DNA of 64,000 bases, from assembly GCA_002189035.1 (NCBI GenBank), contig CM007990.1, forward strand, positions 2,418,001 to 2,482,000, read 5' to 3'. This DNA is from Utricularia gibba (lineage: Eukaryota > Plantae > Magnoliophyta). This document shows, piece by piece, positions 26,567-39,720 of the stretch (the stretch's first letter is position 1; every line of letters begins with the position of its first letter). The notes under the pieces are model-generated. The model saw only the letters and a program-made list of their open reading frames with translations, did no database searches and had not been told where the DNA came from. The translations under genes were made by a program, and so were the position numbers.

Positions 26567-27591
26567 TGATGGATGGAAAATTATATAGATGCCACAAATT
26601 GAAAAGTTTTCACTAAAAAAAGTAATTTCTAAACTAAACAAGCAAACCACATTTCATTCATAAAAATATTAATAAAGTAACAGTAAGTTTAGGTTGATCT
26701 ACAGAAAGAAAAGGGTTTTTAGTTATTCGTTCTATGCATAAGTTGGATTAAATGAGGTGTTTTTCTAGAAGTAGGTTTCTACTCTAACTTAAATCGATAA
26801 AAGATTTCTACTGGTTTCTAAACTAAAAGCACATAAAAGAGAATGTAAATCAAATGATGAAAGCATTTGAACACGTTGAATATTAAAAACATGAAACGAA
26901 GATAGTGTGCACTTTCAGGAAATAAAATGAAGGAACTAAGATATGTGAGAAAATTACTATAGAGTGTTTGTTCTCCAATTCTTGTGTTCTCCCTAACTTC
27001 TTCTTTTCAAATTGTAGGTTCTCAAACATTCTTGTCTTTTGTTCAGTTTCAACTGCACTTTTGGGCGTAGGAGATTAGTTCTAGTGTCACACTAGAATGC
27101 CCTCTTCCTTCATCTGTTCTTCCACTTCAATCGTAGAAAATGCTCTTTGGAGAGAAAATCCTCCCCTCAAAAAAGATTGTATTCTTGTGTCAGAAAAGTC
27201 TTCAATTGTTGAAATATTTTAGAGAGAAAGGAATTATATAGGTAGTAGATCCTTTACTCTTTTTATTCACACAATTTTTGCACACCATCCACAATTAGTT
27301 GTATGTTGCGATCTTCTTGCCTTCTTTTCCACTAGCTTTCCTTATCCTTCATCTGTATTCAGGCATATAATTCCCGTTTTGCCTCTATACTCATAATAAC
27401 TTCACAAATTGGTCAGATTATACGGCCCAACCCAAATGGGTTGGACATACATGGGCTTGGATGAATAATAAAACCACCATGCACTTGGACTAAGTGAAAA
27501 ATGACCCAAATCACATTTTTATAAGTAATTTGACTTGTGTATGTTTTGGCATTTTTCCTATTCTAATTCACATAATCCTAATACTCTAACA
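26567..27591 (-). repeat. Probable LTR fragment
   Basis: TG..CA candidate ends and LTR-like composition. No TSD and no second copy in the window. Confidence 0.35.
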
Positions 27592-27889
27592 TTGACATTG
27601 ACTCAAATACATTGAATATGATGCAAGATCAAGGGGAACATCTATTGAAGGAATCCTAGATTTAGGTGGATGAGGTAGCCACAAAAAGGCACTTGTGTGC
27701 CTCTTCCATAAACTCTTAAAGACTAGAATCTCGAATCTATCCTAAGCTCTCCCAGATTTAAGTCCTAATAATCTTTGTACGTAATAGTCATTGAAGAAAA
27801 ATGATGAAATACATTAGAAGTTCTTTATAATTGATGGAGGATGCCCCTAGAGAGAATATGAATACTATGTTTTTGGTAAATTTCATCAT

Positions 27890-29300
27890 AATTCAACTGA
27901 GGTGAAAGAAATCCCCTAAAAATTTTCCTCTTTTTAAAGGAATGGGAAGGCAACATGGTTGAGAGACAAAACGACATCTTGAGACTGATGAAAAATATAA
28001 TTCGGCAGAATTATGTGTTACCTTCTCAAGGGCATTTAGTTGTATTAAATGCAAGTGGTAATTATATCCTTTTGGCAAGATATGTTGGAGGAAGCTTCAC
28101 AAGTCAACTCATCTCTTTTACAAATGACCTTCTAATATTCTTTGTTTCAATAGTAAAGAATTTTCCTTGTCACAGTGAAGTTGATCCCACAACCAAACCA
28201 ATTGATGTTTGGGGCATGAGAGGTGGATCATCTCATTCGAGACACTTAACTAAGAAAATAACCTGCTACATATGATGTTGGATAACAAAGATCCTCTAAA
28301 TAAGGGTCAATATAAATTACTTGATGAAAACTTTACCATGGCTTGACAACCTATCCATGAGGAGCTCAATAGCATATATATTATTGATAAATTAGGATTG
28401 TGTGACCTAACTCACAAAATAGTGGTCATTACCCCAAATGGGCAATATCTTGCCACCATAGAGGTTTTGATAATAATAGGTGGATTAAAGAGTTTAAATA
28501 TATCTTAGTTGTGATTGATTATGTATCTTGGAAGGAAGTTCCATATTTTTCTATGAAATATGGAACTCCTAAGGCACTTATTAGTGAGCAAGGCGCCCAC
28601 TTTTACAATCAATCCTTGAGGAGTGTCTTGAAATTATTCAATGTTTCCTACAAGCCCTCCATGGCATATCATCTGCAAACTAGAGACCAAACTAAAGCTT
28701 TTACTAGGGAAATCAAATAGATTATGGAAAAAGTTATGAGTCCAAGGAGAAGGATTTCAGCATGCGATCAGGCATACATATTGAGGAATTGGGACAGCAT
28801 ATAGAACCCTAAATGGGAACTTCACCATTTAGAATGGTTTATAAGAAACCTTGTAGACTACTAGTACCATTTGAGCATAAGGTCAAGTATGCACTAAGAA
28901 GGCTAAATCTAGATAAGCACCTTAATGCATGTTATAGGAAGCTCGACTTTCTAAACTAGAAGAGCTAAGGAAGGATGCATATTAAAGCTTGGACAACTAA
29001 TTATCATGATATACATGTCTCAAAGAGAGCTTTCAAAATTCTCTAGAAAGTTTTATTATCCTAGTCAATGATGCAGTTGCATCTCGGGAAGCAAAAATCA
29101 CGTTGGATATGACTTTTTGTGGTGAAAGATGTTTTTCCAAATGATGCTAATAAGGAATTGTAAATGAATATTGATGGAAAAACGTTTATGAGAATGTTGA
29201 AAATAGGTTCACTAAAATTGTAGAGCCCATCCAATGAGAGGATTCATCAAAGATGTAACCACTTGAAAATTGAGTCGAAGACTAAAACAAAAGTATTTGT
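27890..29300 (+). mobile_element. Athila-type pol (integrase) relic
   Basis: IDVWGM, IDYVS, YGTPKALISEQGAHF and YHLQT motifs with many stops. Confidence 0.7.
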
Positions 29301-29469
29301 GGGAGTTAATAATTTTTCTAGGAATTTTACCTTTTTTGTGTTGCTGGGAAGTGAATGAATAATTGAGGAAGAGTTATAAGGAGGAAGTTGAAATTTTCGA
29401 TTTATGTTAGTAGGAAATTAGCGATTTAAATTTAAATTAGAGTAGGATCAATTTACAAAGATACACTTC

Positions 29470-30190
29470 CACTACTTGATATAATTTGGAAAATACTTTT
29501 TTTCCAATTGTTTTACCCAATTTTTTTGACAAATTGTAGCAATAGTGACTCTATGTAAGTTAAGTGACATATTAAAAATGTGTGTTGTGGCTAGATCCAT
29601 TCCAAAGAAAACTCTGACGAGCAATCCAAATGATAATGTTGGAACAATTTGGGTTGCAACTATTGTTGCTCCAACCCTATAACAAGGCACATAGTAGGAA
29701 GTTGTAAGTAGAAGATTTCTAGGGAGTGGAAGCCATTTTTCAAATAATCCAGAAATTTAGTAAAGATTGAAGGAATTACAACAAATCTACCAAGGGAAGA
29801 ACTTGACTACAAAGGAGTCCACTAAATAACTACGTGTCTTCGTTGGAAAGAAAAGCGGCGAGCTAGGTAGAAAAATTAGAAAACCCAACTAAAGGAGCAA
29901 GTTATTGAGAAAGAAGCTATTGTAACTTAAGAAAGCACATAATCAACAATGGATAAGCATGTTGAAAAAGGTGAACTTTTGTAAGAGACAAATTGATGGG
30001 GGGGGGGGGGGGAGTGGTTGTATCAAAGAAAATTTTGTTAGTAGAGCATGATGAAGAAGGCATTATTGATCTAAATAATGTACCAAAAGTGCAAGAAGGT
30101 TCTGAAGAGCCAACAAATGGATAATGATGGAAACTATTGAGAAGGAAAAATCAAAAGAAAGCACCACCAACAAGGACAATGAAGCAACAA
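29470..30190 (+). mobile_element. Athila-type gag relic containing a G15 run (29998-30012)
   Basis: Degenerate QI.QLA / LRxGK-like motifs. Confidence 0.4.
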
Positions 30191-30196
30191 GGAAAT

Positions 30197-31146
30197 CAGA
30201 GAAAAATTTACACATCGTTAAAATGTAAATCTTCCTATCAAATAAAATTTATAACGTAACACACATTTAGACATAATACAATTATGAGCATAGTGGACTA
30301 GGGTCGAACACAAGGACCTAGGCGCTTGTCATGTGATTATCAATGCATGCAATCAGTGTCATGTTGGCGAATTTGGTCTTAACTAGGACTAATGTAAAGT
30401 TGCGATAAAATACAGTAAGGAAGAGTAACAAATTTCTGAACTCGGTTGATTCTAAGATGAAATGAGTTATGCATTGGGACTCCTAGGGGATGTAATCACT
30501 AAACAAGCTCACACAAATTATAAATCAAACAACTAACACACAAAGTCTAGGTCTACCTGGACTCTTGTTTTCCCCCTAATCTTTGGTCTATCTCTAATTA
30601 GGGTTGCTAAATTGGGTTTCACTACTTCCCCCTCCTGGATCTATCCTAGTTCGTTAAGAAAGTGGCGTGATTTATGGTTGTTTAGGTCTAAAGATTGATT
30701 AGCATATTTCTCACTCTTTCACCTCAAGGCACCTCTAAGCACTTAACCACTCATGCTTAAGATAAACGGAAATAGAAAATAAAACATCATCCACATTGTT
30801 CTTATCTCACAGTCAAATATCAGAAAGTAAACAAGCAAGAAATTTAAAATGTCAACAGAAAACTAGAAACGTCGCTAGCTACTCTTAGCTAAAAGTAATA
30901 ATCTTTAGAAACAAAAAATAGTCTTCAAGCATTAGCTTCGTTCCTATTCGTCTTCCTCCTTTTTCTCCCTCAGAAACCTTCTCCAAAAAGAATGTCGTCA
31001 GTCTACGATTTAGTCCCAACTAAGATTAAAATAACCTAACTACGGTATTATGCACAAAAATATAGAACTAAGCAATAAAACTTGATTTTTGTAGCACAAT
31101 ATGAGTAATTTCCATATACTCCATCACTCAAAAATACGTGTTATCA
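30197..31146 (-). mobile_element. LTR of the 17216-18381 family, inverted, internally deleted and eroded at the left end
   Basis: The reverse complement aligns along its length with 17216-18381. The minus-strand start TGATAACAC is at 31146. Confidence 0.8.
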
Positions 31147-31327
31147 CTAGATTAGTTCTCTTGTTTGTGAGCACAAGAAAATTTACACAAGAGAAAGAAA
31201 AACAATGGGATACCTTATTTTAAACATCATGTAAAAATGTTGAACACCAAGTATATAGAGTTAAAATGGCATTACATTGTCTTCATTTTCACATTGAAAT
31301 TCTAGTAGAGTTGGGAATAGCTGATAG

Positions 31328-31848
31328 CAGTGTTTTAAAAACGGGTTGAACCCATTAAACCTTTACTATGGCTTTGGGTTCAACCGTTTTTAAAATGGGT
31401 TGAACCGGGTTCATTAATTTTGAATTATATTTATCAAAATATTAGAATATAATTATAAAATCATAATTTAGTATACCAAAATATTGAAAATATAAAAAAT
31501 AAAAATATATCTCTCAATAATTGATGCAATTAGATTAAAAAGTTTTATCAAAATCATATTTAATATTTCATATCTCATTCAAATAATGTATAATTTAAAT
31601 ATAAGTGATTATTTTCTAATATCAATATAAATACATATATAAAAATATAATTATTATGATTTATTTTGAAATATATATCAAATATGTATAACATATTTTA
31701 TATTTATTCATAACCATTATCATAAAATAAATAATAAAAAATTAAAAAAAATAAAATTAACGAATACAGTTGAATCCAACCCATCAAAACATGGGTTTGG
31801 CTCTAACCGGGTTGAACCATGGGTTGAACCCAGGTTTTTAAAACACTG
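31328..31848. mobile_element. hAT-superfamily MITE (521 bp)
   Basis: Perfect 15-bp TIR CAGTGTTTTAAAAAC, perfect 8-bp TSD GCTGATAG (31320-31327 / 31849-31856), subterminal GGTTGAACC motifs and a very AT-rich core. Confidence 0.93.
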
Positions 31849-34672
31849 GCTGATAGAGTTTACACAATGTTTTAAGGGTACCACATTAATGAATTTGTTT
31901 GATATAAAATCTCCTACATATCATTGAGTTAGTATATGAATTTGCTTCCTCCTTTATGTATGAAATATGTGATACCTTGCTAGAACCTGCTGGTTTTAGA
32001 TCCTTAGACATACCTGACCTATGAGAGTGTGCATCTATAACTCCCATAGACTATTCTATTACAATGTATCACTATTCCCCAAGTACACAGACTATTAAAT
32101 TGGATCCCATAATACTTCATATAACTTATAAAAATCGCTGATTGATACTATGTTTGGAAGCTAAGAGGAAGAATTTAGTAAAAAGTTAACTTTTTCTTTA
32201 CGAACTTAGAAATAGATTAGTTCAAGAACCATGTTTAACATTTTTACAAAAATTATATCTCCTTCACAAACCTTCAAATGAAATATTCTTTTTTGCTTTG
32301 AAAACTAGGCAAATAAGACTACAAAAATGATCAGTATCAAACTGTGAAAATACCAGCTATTAAATAAGAGAATTCATATAGAATATACACGCAATACACA
32401 GACCTAAAAATGAAATTTTTAACTTCATAGGCAATCATCCTACTTACCCTTACTTATCTCTGACCTCAACTCTTATAGAATCCTTTCTTATGATGTAAGA
32501 ATGTGTACCTGAAACCCCAAAATTTTATTAGATCAATACCTGGCAAACCAAGTTTGATGGAGTCTCTACCACTTACTCTATGCCCAAGGTGACTGAATTA
32601 TGTAGTTCCTATCATTCTCCCGACTTGATTACTCACTTTTTCCTCTGAAATGCCATATCAATCACATACACTGCATAAAATGGGTCACAAAGATGAGTTG
32701 CATGGGCTTTAGAACTCATTAACACTACTTTCTTATCGTCATAACTGGGTAACTTACCTACTACATTCCTTCTACCTACTGTAGATTTGCCACTGGCCCT
32801 TCATTCTTCCTCATTTCTCCTCCCACTTCTTTCTCCTCGCACCAACTTTTTCCGTCTCATTGTAACACTTGTCTCTCCTCACATTGACAGCGCCACAAAC
32901 CTTTTCTACCAAATGGAGTTTTCAACACTTGGCCTCACGCTCCTTGGCCAAGTGGCTTTCCCTCCTCTCCCCTATCACCATTTATTTGTTTATTTTTATT
33001 TTTATTTTATTAATAGGCATAGATATGAGACTCTTACAGCTCTACTATGTATGCTCATGCTTTAAGGGATGGTTTTTCTCAACCAAATAGTTTTTTTGTT
33101 CTTAAAGGAAAGTTTTTTTTTTTTTATCTTGCTATATACTAATCAAAGTGACTAATCTACTACTATAGCTGTGTTAGGTCAATACTACTTGTGTGATAAT
33201 GACAATACAATACAAATGGTGATGGATTCACTATATACAGGAATTTGTTATCACCTAAAGTAATGGAGTGAGGGCTTGCTAGTTCCACAAAATGCTCATG
33301 AATCACTACATAGTTTAATTTGATTACAAGTAGGTATGGATCCATTCGAATTCATATCAATGGTTGGTGAGAATCACATTGAGAATGAAGATGACAATGG
33401 TTTGTATAACAATGAAGACTACATCTCCGGTGTAAAAAATAGTCTTCAATGGTTCACATGTTTTGACTAAAGATATGTAGAGTTAGTATTTGGGAATATA
33501 ATTATGAGTTGAATTATGTGATCCTTAATTATGTTTGAAGACCCATGTGGTGAAATAATTTATTGTGTTTGTGGTGGTTGCCCATTTATGAAAAAAAAAT
33601 TCCAGTTACCGCAAATGTGCGATGTGGTGCTTATTTTTTTCATAAAAAAAAAACTAGAAAAAACACAATCACTACAACCGCCAATGTGCGTTGTAATACT
33701 TAATGTGTTTTATAAGAAACCCACAAATAGCTCAAATGTGTGTTTGCGGTGCTTGTGGATGTGTGGTGCTGTGGTTATCACCAAGTACATTCAGTTTTTT
33801 TGTGTATCTATGTATGTCTAACATTATTTGAGTATTTTTGATATTTTTTGCAAAAATTGCCATGTGGCGGAGTACATTGCATTTGTATTATTTCATGTAG
33901 CTTGCCGGTTGCAAATATATCTTCCACAACATCAACACAGAATTATCATAGAATCCAAAAGATGCATAGATTAATCCAAAGACTAAACACAAAGGTAGGT
34001 TCCAAGTGTGTTGATTTGCCCTTTGATAGATGGATTGATTGTCTCACTAATTTTGATATGATTGGAATCTTCAATCTCCAGGGGCAAGATATCAGTTATA
34101 GTAGCATGCATAATCAAGTCTATTATTGATTCTGAGTTCATTTTTTCTTTTTCTTTCAAATATATAGCACCATATTCCACATCATTAACAAACACCATCC
34201 TTTTTCCTCTTTTAAGTATTCCTCAAATAATACTGAACCATCCATCGCCTTGAACACACTACACTAGAGGATGGTGATCCACCAGTATTTTTTAGATTTG
34301 ATTTAATTTATAATAAATTAAACAAATATTTGAAATTTAAATAGATTTGATAAGTAAACCGTTGGATTGACAGAAGCGAAGACTAGATCCATTACATAAA
34401 CTAGAACCCTCGCTCAACAACAGACAGACAGAATGGAGCCATTGAACCCAACCCGAAGAGGCTAAACCCTGTAAAAATTAGGCTAAGCCGCCCTGCCCAA
34501 ATGGGAGGAGGAGGGTTCAGGGCATTACAAAAACAGCAGCAGCAGAAGCCTTCAAATTTTGGGACTTGCGAATGCCAAACAAAAACTCCATTGCAGTTCC
34601 CCTACGAAGAAGAAACACCAGCCGCTTCTATGACGAAGACACAACACGAACAACCTGATCTGGATTTTGTTC

Positions 34673-35602
34673 TTATAGAGCATCCCAATCTATCTCGATA
34701 GATGGGTATTTTGGGAGACACCCCATCTCCCAATATGATTCCTCCTCCTCCGCGAATTCTGGGTATGTAAGATCAGAGAGCGGAGAAGAGGATCCGTCCT
34801 CGGTCTCCGACCCCGAAAGTTTTCCACCCTTTTTAGCTTCCAGACCTGCTGGTATTTCAATCTCGGTTTCCTCCTTTCTGGTTATCGGCTTCTTCTTTTT
34901 CTGAAAATCGAATCTCTTCCCCTCCGCCAGAGTCTGGCAAATCGCGTCGAGTTTAGCATCGACGCTGGCATGGAGTGGCCGGCACTCGCCAAAATCGCCG
35001 CCGATGTGGGAGCCGTTATGGCGGAGGTGAGGGAAATTGAGCCTCGCGTTGTCCCCACGAAGCTTGTAAGCTGCTTTATCGTAAGCCAAAGCGGCTTCCT
35101 CAGCCGTGTCAAATGTGCCGAGCCAGAGACGTGTCCGGTTCTTGGGAAGACGTATCTCCGCTACCCATTTACCCCAGTGGCGTTGCCGGACACCTCTGTA
35201 GAGTTTTGCGGGCTTCAATGGAGAACCCACTTGTTTCATTGGAACGCGCCGAGGCCCGAGAAGTGGAGAGTGCTGTCGTGAATGGGGCTGAAACTGGGCT
35301 AAAACTTGCATAGCATGGTTTATCTTGTAGAATTGCAACTGGGGAACGATTTCATATGAATACAAACCTTCCTGGGGTTCAGACTGGTTTTGGGTTTCGA
35401 AGGAAAACGAGGAAGAAGGGATACCAAACAAATTATCTGAGTTTGGAGTAAAAGGGAAAGGGGAGGAAGAAGAAGAGGGAAAAAGATTACTAGAAGAAGA
35501 AGCACTCTTCATAAAAGGCTCGAGTGCTTCCATTAATTCACCCCCGCTGAATGGATCATAAGCAGAGGTACCACTACTCCAGTAATCCATCGTTTCCGCC
35601 AT
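34673..35602 (-). CDS. RAP2-4: AP2/ERF transcription factor, DREB A-6 (RAP2.4/WIND1-like), 309 aa, intronless
   Basis: AP2 domain [42 protein letters not shown], group motifs [14 protein letters not shown] and [12 protein letters not shown], and C-terminal KYPSIEIDW. The first ATG in the ORF is at 35602. Confidence 0.94.
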   Translation of the reverse strand: MAETMDYWSSGTSAYDPFSGGELMEALEPFMKSASSSSNLFPSSSSSPFPFTPNSDNLFGIPSSSFSFETQNQSEPQEGLYSYEIVPQLQFYKINHAMQVLAQFQPHSRQHSPLLGPRRVPMKQVGSPLKPAKLYRGVRQRHWGKWVAEIRLPKNRTRLWLGTFDTAEEAALAYDKAAYKLRGDNARLNFPHLRHNGSHIGGDFGECRPLHASVDAKLDAICQTLAEGKRFDFQKKKKPITRKEETEIEIPAGLEAKKGGKLSGSETEDGSSSPLSDLTYPEFAEEEESYWEMGCLPKYPSIEIDWDAL

Positions 35603-36043
35603 CGTAGAATACAAGAGGGCTATGAACTTAATGTCACCTGTTTCTCCGAAAAACTCAAAAACAGGATCCAATTGATTCGTTCCTAGATACAACAAAAATA
35701 TATATATTTTTGACGGATTCGAATCAGGAGGTTTGAAATACGCAACCCCTGGAATCTTCAGAAACAAAGCCAACAATAAGAAGAAAAACAAACAGATCTC
35801 AATCTACAAAACGACTGGATTCCTAGAAATCCTGCTCGATCTATACCTCTTGTAACAGGAAGATGATTTACAGAAAGGGATCCAAGAAGCGGGATGAATC
35901 AGAGGGGGGTATACTAGAAAAAAAAAACACTTGAAAAATCACAAATCTGTGATGGGTGCGCTAGAGAGAGCAGACGAAGAGATTTTTTTGTCTGCAACTA
36001 TCATTATTTTAATTTTCTGAGCTCTAAAGCGTGTTGCGGGCGC

Positions 36044-36051
36044 TTTATATA
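36044..36051 (-). promoter_or_regulatory. TATA box (TATATAAA) of the ERF gene
   Basis: Exact motif on the minus strand in a GC-rich context about 445 bp upstream of the ATG. Confidence 0.6.
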
Positions 36052-36220
36052 GCAGGCGTGCGATTTTTGGAACCTCGAGGTAACTGTATTGCGAGAATAT
36101 TGGCCAATCGACATCCAACATGTGTACACCGGCAAAGACAGGTGCCGGTATTGTGACCGCCAGATGAGTGGTTTGCCCGCGGTTTTGATTCCATCCTCAT
36201 CTTGTGCTGACTGCAAGTGA

Positions 36221-36226
36221 AACGCG
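36221..36226 (-). promoter_or_regulatory. CGCGTT rapid stress response element / CAMTA CGCG box
   Basis: Exact motif about 170 bp upstream of the TATA box, consistent with known wound induction of this gene family. Confidence 0.45.
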
Positions 36227-37219
36227 TGCCGTTTGACGTTGTCACCAGTGTCGTTTTGGGACGAAGTGGCATTATGTTCACATTGCCTTTTGACAATTTG
36301 GTGAGTTCAGTATTGGGATTTGCGGCAAGTGACCCACCCACCATTCACATCACGGTTGAAATCGCAACCAAATTCATTGTGTATTACAAGTTTGTAACAC
36401 CATAATACATGAAAACATTAATAATAGGAAAATGTGTTTCTTATTAAATTTCGCTAGTGTTTTGTTTGTCCACTAATTGCCAATTTTAGTTTTGCTCAGA
36501 CAACTCCATACTAAAATCTTTTGGAAAAATTGGCAACCTTGTGACTTGTGTGTAAAATTGAATATTGTGTTTTTTTTCCTTAAAAAATACCCTTTGTGCA
36601 AAAATAAAAATCATTTAATCATGGCATTTTATGAAATAACTTTTTGAATTTTCACACGAAGTTCTGCGTCAAACTCTTTATTTTTTTTAGTGTGCAATCA
36701 TTCGTGTCTTATTTTTTAGATATCAATCTCTTTTATTTTCCTTGTTTTCCACAAATCGCTTCTACGTCACCCAATGTTACGTAAGTCCTTAGAAAAATAA
36801 TATCAAAGTTAAAAATCCCATAACAAAAAAATTGCAAATAACTTGTAATCCTCATTTGATCTAGATTGATTTTTCAACCTATTGTGATAAAGGTTTTTTT
36901 TGGAACTGTACAAGAATATCATAATAAGTATAGAACATATAATCAACCTACAATTGCTATCACAAGTTTCAAAATTGATACATGGCTAGATCAATTGAAG
37001 AACCATATGTCCTCAATTCACATGAGACATAGGTCATTCATCACAAGATATAAATTTCCGTACAATATTATGACTTCCTTTAATATTGTACAACATTCAT
37101 GAGACACGAGTCTGATTTCAATTTGTAATACTTCTTTTACATTAGATGTTCTAAGGAGTATTGTTTATTTGTCAAGGGTATATAGATCCTAGGAGAAAAA
37201 AAAAAAACACTCGTAGTTT

Positions 37220-39720
37220 TGATGGTAATTCTGCAAGTGCACAGAAACCGTTGAAGTAATAAAATAAGATCGTATTCACAGGGAATTGTTATTGGAATTT
37301 TCTTTTCAAACAAAGACTAAAAAAAGGACGAAAATAAAAGAAAGATTTGGTTTTAAAAACAATAAAAAAATTGGCTTTGGATCTAGGGCTCACCTTACTT
37401 GAAACTCGCCCTTGCGTATGTGCAAACCTTGAAGACTGACCTACTTGCGCAAGCTCTGGGGGTGTTATTCTAAAGTAGTGCTACTCGGTGACCGTTATAG
37501 CACCGTCCCTTGTTTTGTGGGATTATGGAATCAACCACGCCACCAGAGACATTTCACCTCTTTTGATAACCCATGTTTTCCCCATACCCAAATCTAACCC
37601 CTACACCTCACACCTCGTAGACAGATTAGACAAAATGTGCCTTACCAACGATGTCCGATTGAGCCCTTCTCCTTAGGTGCTTGAGGCCAACCTTTGATTC
37701 TCTCACACTCCCTTCGGGTTATGTGATACTAAAGGTCACGTTGATAAAGAAAACGTTGCGAAAAACAGAATCAAACCTCAATTTAAATGTCGAAAAACAT
37801 AGTAAAACAATCACACGCGTAGGACTTGTGCAAGCAAGGCTTCACCGCAGATCCTCAGCCACAAGCGCCTACACGCGCAGACTTGACTCTAACATGAAAA
37901 TAGACACGAAAATAGGAAAAGTACAAAGGAAAAGTGGTCAAAGACATCTCTAATGGTTGAGAGGGTGGGGTATTTATATGAAAGTCAATCCAAGTCTTCG
38001 TATTGAGCTTATTTGATGGGCTTGGATAAGATCTTCTATCCAAATTTTTTATTCAAATCTTCGAAGATCATCTTCATATCTCTATCTTATCCACGAATCT
38101 TGGACCAAATTTTCATCGGTTGACCGACTCTTGGGTTGAGATTCGTGGTCCATCAAGTCCATAATTTGGTGGGTCTTGATTTCTCCTCAATTGATCCAAA
38201 AGTACCCTAAAAATCCACAAAATACACTTTCTCTTCAAAAAGATCAAAGTAGTGTGAAAGATGCAAAATCAATAGAGAATAATGAGAAAGTAGGGTCTAA
38301 GATAAGTAAAAACAACACTCAAGAGTAGTGGAATAACATGTTTTGGAACGACCCAAAATCACTTATCAACTCCCCCACACTTAGATATTGCTTGTCCTCA
38401 AGCAATTGTTCAAGATATTTTCCTCCAAAGTAGTAAATTGCAAATAAAATTAAGGCTAGCAAAATGCATGAGTTATTCAATATTACACCATCCACTAGCT
38501 CCCCTTGCACGTAGCTACTCCTCACAGGTCACTCAATGCGCTCAACAAAAGAAATCCATAAGAGGGTGAAATGAAAAGAGGATTGCTCAATACCTGAATG
38601 TAGGCGAGTCAGTAAACTTGCACAAGTGATCCACTAGTTTCAGCAAGCTTGCGCAATCATGAGGTCTTTTTCACGGGTTGTAGCACGGCATGAGCTTAGG
38701 ACAGGTAGGAAATTCGGTTGGAGCCTCCATTTCATGGGTAATAAGGAGTGAGCATCCATCAATCAATTCTGTCATGCTTGCCTTTTGATTTTTGTACTTC
38801 AAGGAACTCTTTCTCTTTCAGCTTTGTGGCTTCTTTTCAACACTTCAACCTTTTTCTTTTTCTTCTTCTTCTCTCTCTTTTTTTTTTCATTCATTCTTTT
38901 GTTCGAAATCAATCTCTCTCTGGACAGAATGTCTGTTGAAAATCCCTTCAATTTTTTGAGATAGAGCTTGATCACTGAGTTGAAAATTGCTCTTAACTTT
39001 TCTTCAATTTGCTGAGATAGAGCTCCTGTTTCTGCAGCTTGCGCAAGCAAATGAACAGAACTGTTCTCCAGATGCTCCTTCCTTGGGTCAAGAAAAATTG
39101 CAGTAGGCTATAATTATAAAAACGGATTTGGCTTCTGATGGGTGATCCAAATAAAAGGGTTTCAGGCCAAGTGGGGTTCACTAAGCGGATTCAAGGTGGG
39201 ATAATGGAGATAAAATAGGGGAAATCCTAATGCCTCAATCCCTTTGCGCAAGACCTGTAGAATAACCAGCAGTATACACAAGAACAAGCCCATGATCGTG
39301 GTACATTCAGATCACTCATAAAGAAAAGAGAATAAAAGTGGTCTCCTCACCAAGAAAGTAGGGCTATGTAGCTTGTGCAAGGAGTACAAAATGAACAGCA
39401 TGCAAAAGAATACCTTAGCAAGAAGCATGCCAAAATTCTAATGCACACCAACTATTTTGAAGAAATAATACCAAAAACAAAAGCTTAAGTTCCAGCAAAA
39501 CACCAAATGAGAGGTTGTGATAAGTTAGTAAATAAAATCACATTCCATTTGAAGAAAAAAAATGAAAATGATCCTTCTCCCCCACACTCGAATAAGAACT
39601 TATTTGCAAAGCTTGAAGAAATCTGACTTGAATCTGTTATTCTAAAAAGTGGAATTTTCTTCATTTGGACAACCCATATAAGTTGCATGACATGTGCATT
39701 TTCGTGGTCATCCATACCAA
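37220..39720 (-). mobile_element. Athila-type element, 3' part: LTR 37220-38368, PPT 38369-38384 and 3' non-coding region
   Basis: TGAT..ATCA LTR ends, Athila-type PPT (AAGTGTGGGGGAGT) and a second PPT-like copy at 39577-39588. Confidence 0.8.

Noticed and set aside
33670-33677. CACTACAA as a CACTA terminus
   Set aside because: Lacks the usual following A-rich TIR, and no partner TAGTG end or 3-bp TSD was found.
34882-35313. Overlapping ORFs (76, 103 and 66 aa) across the AP2 domain
   Set aside because: Expected shadows of a GC-rich coding region, with no independent motifs.
35603-35791. ORF-track 372-aa version of the ERF protein
   Set aside because: It begins at TTG. Family homology starts at the ATG at 35602, so the extension is kept only as a low-interest finding.
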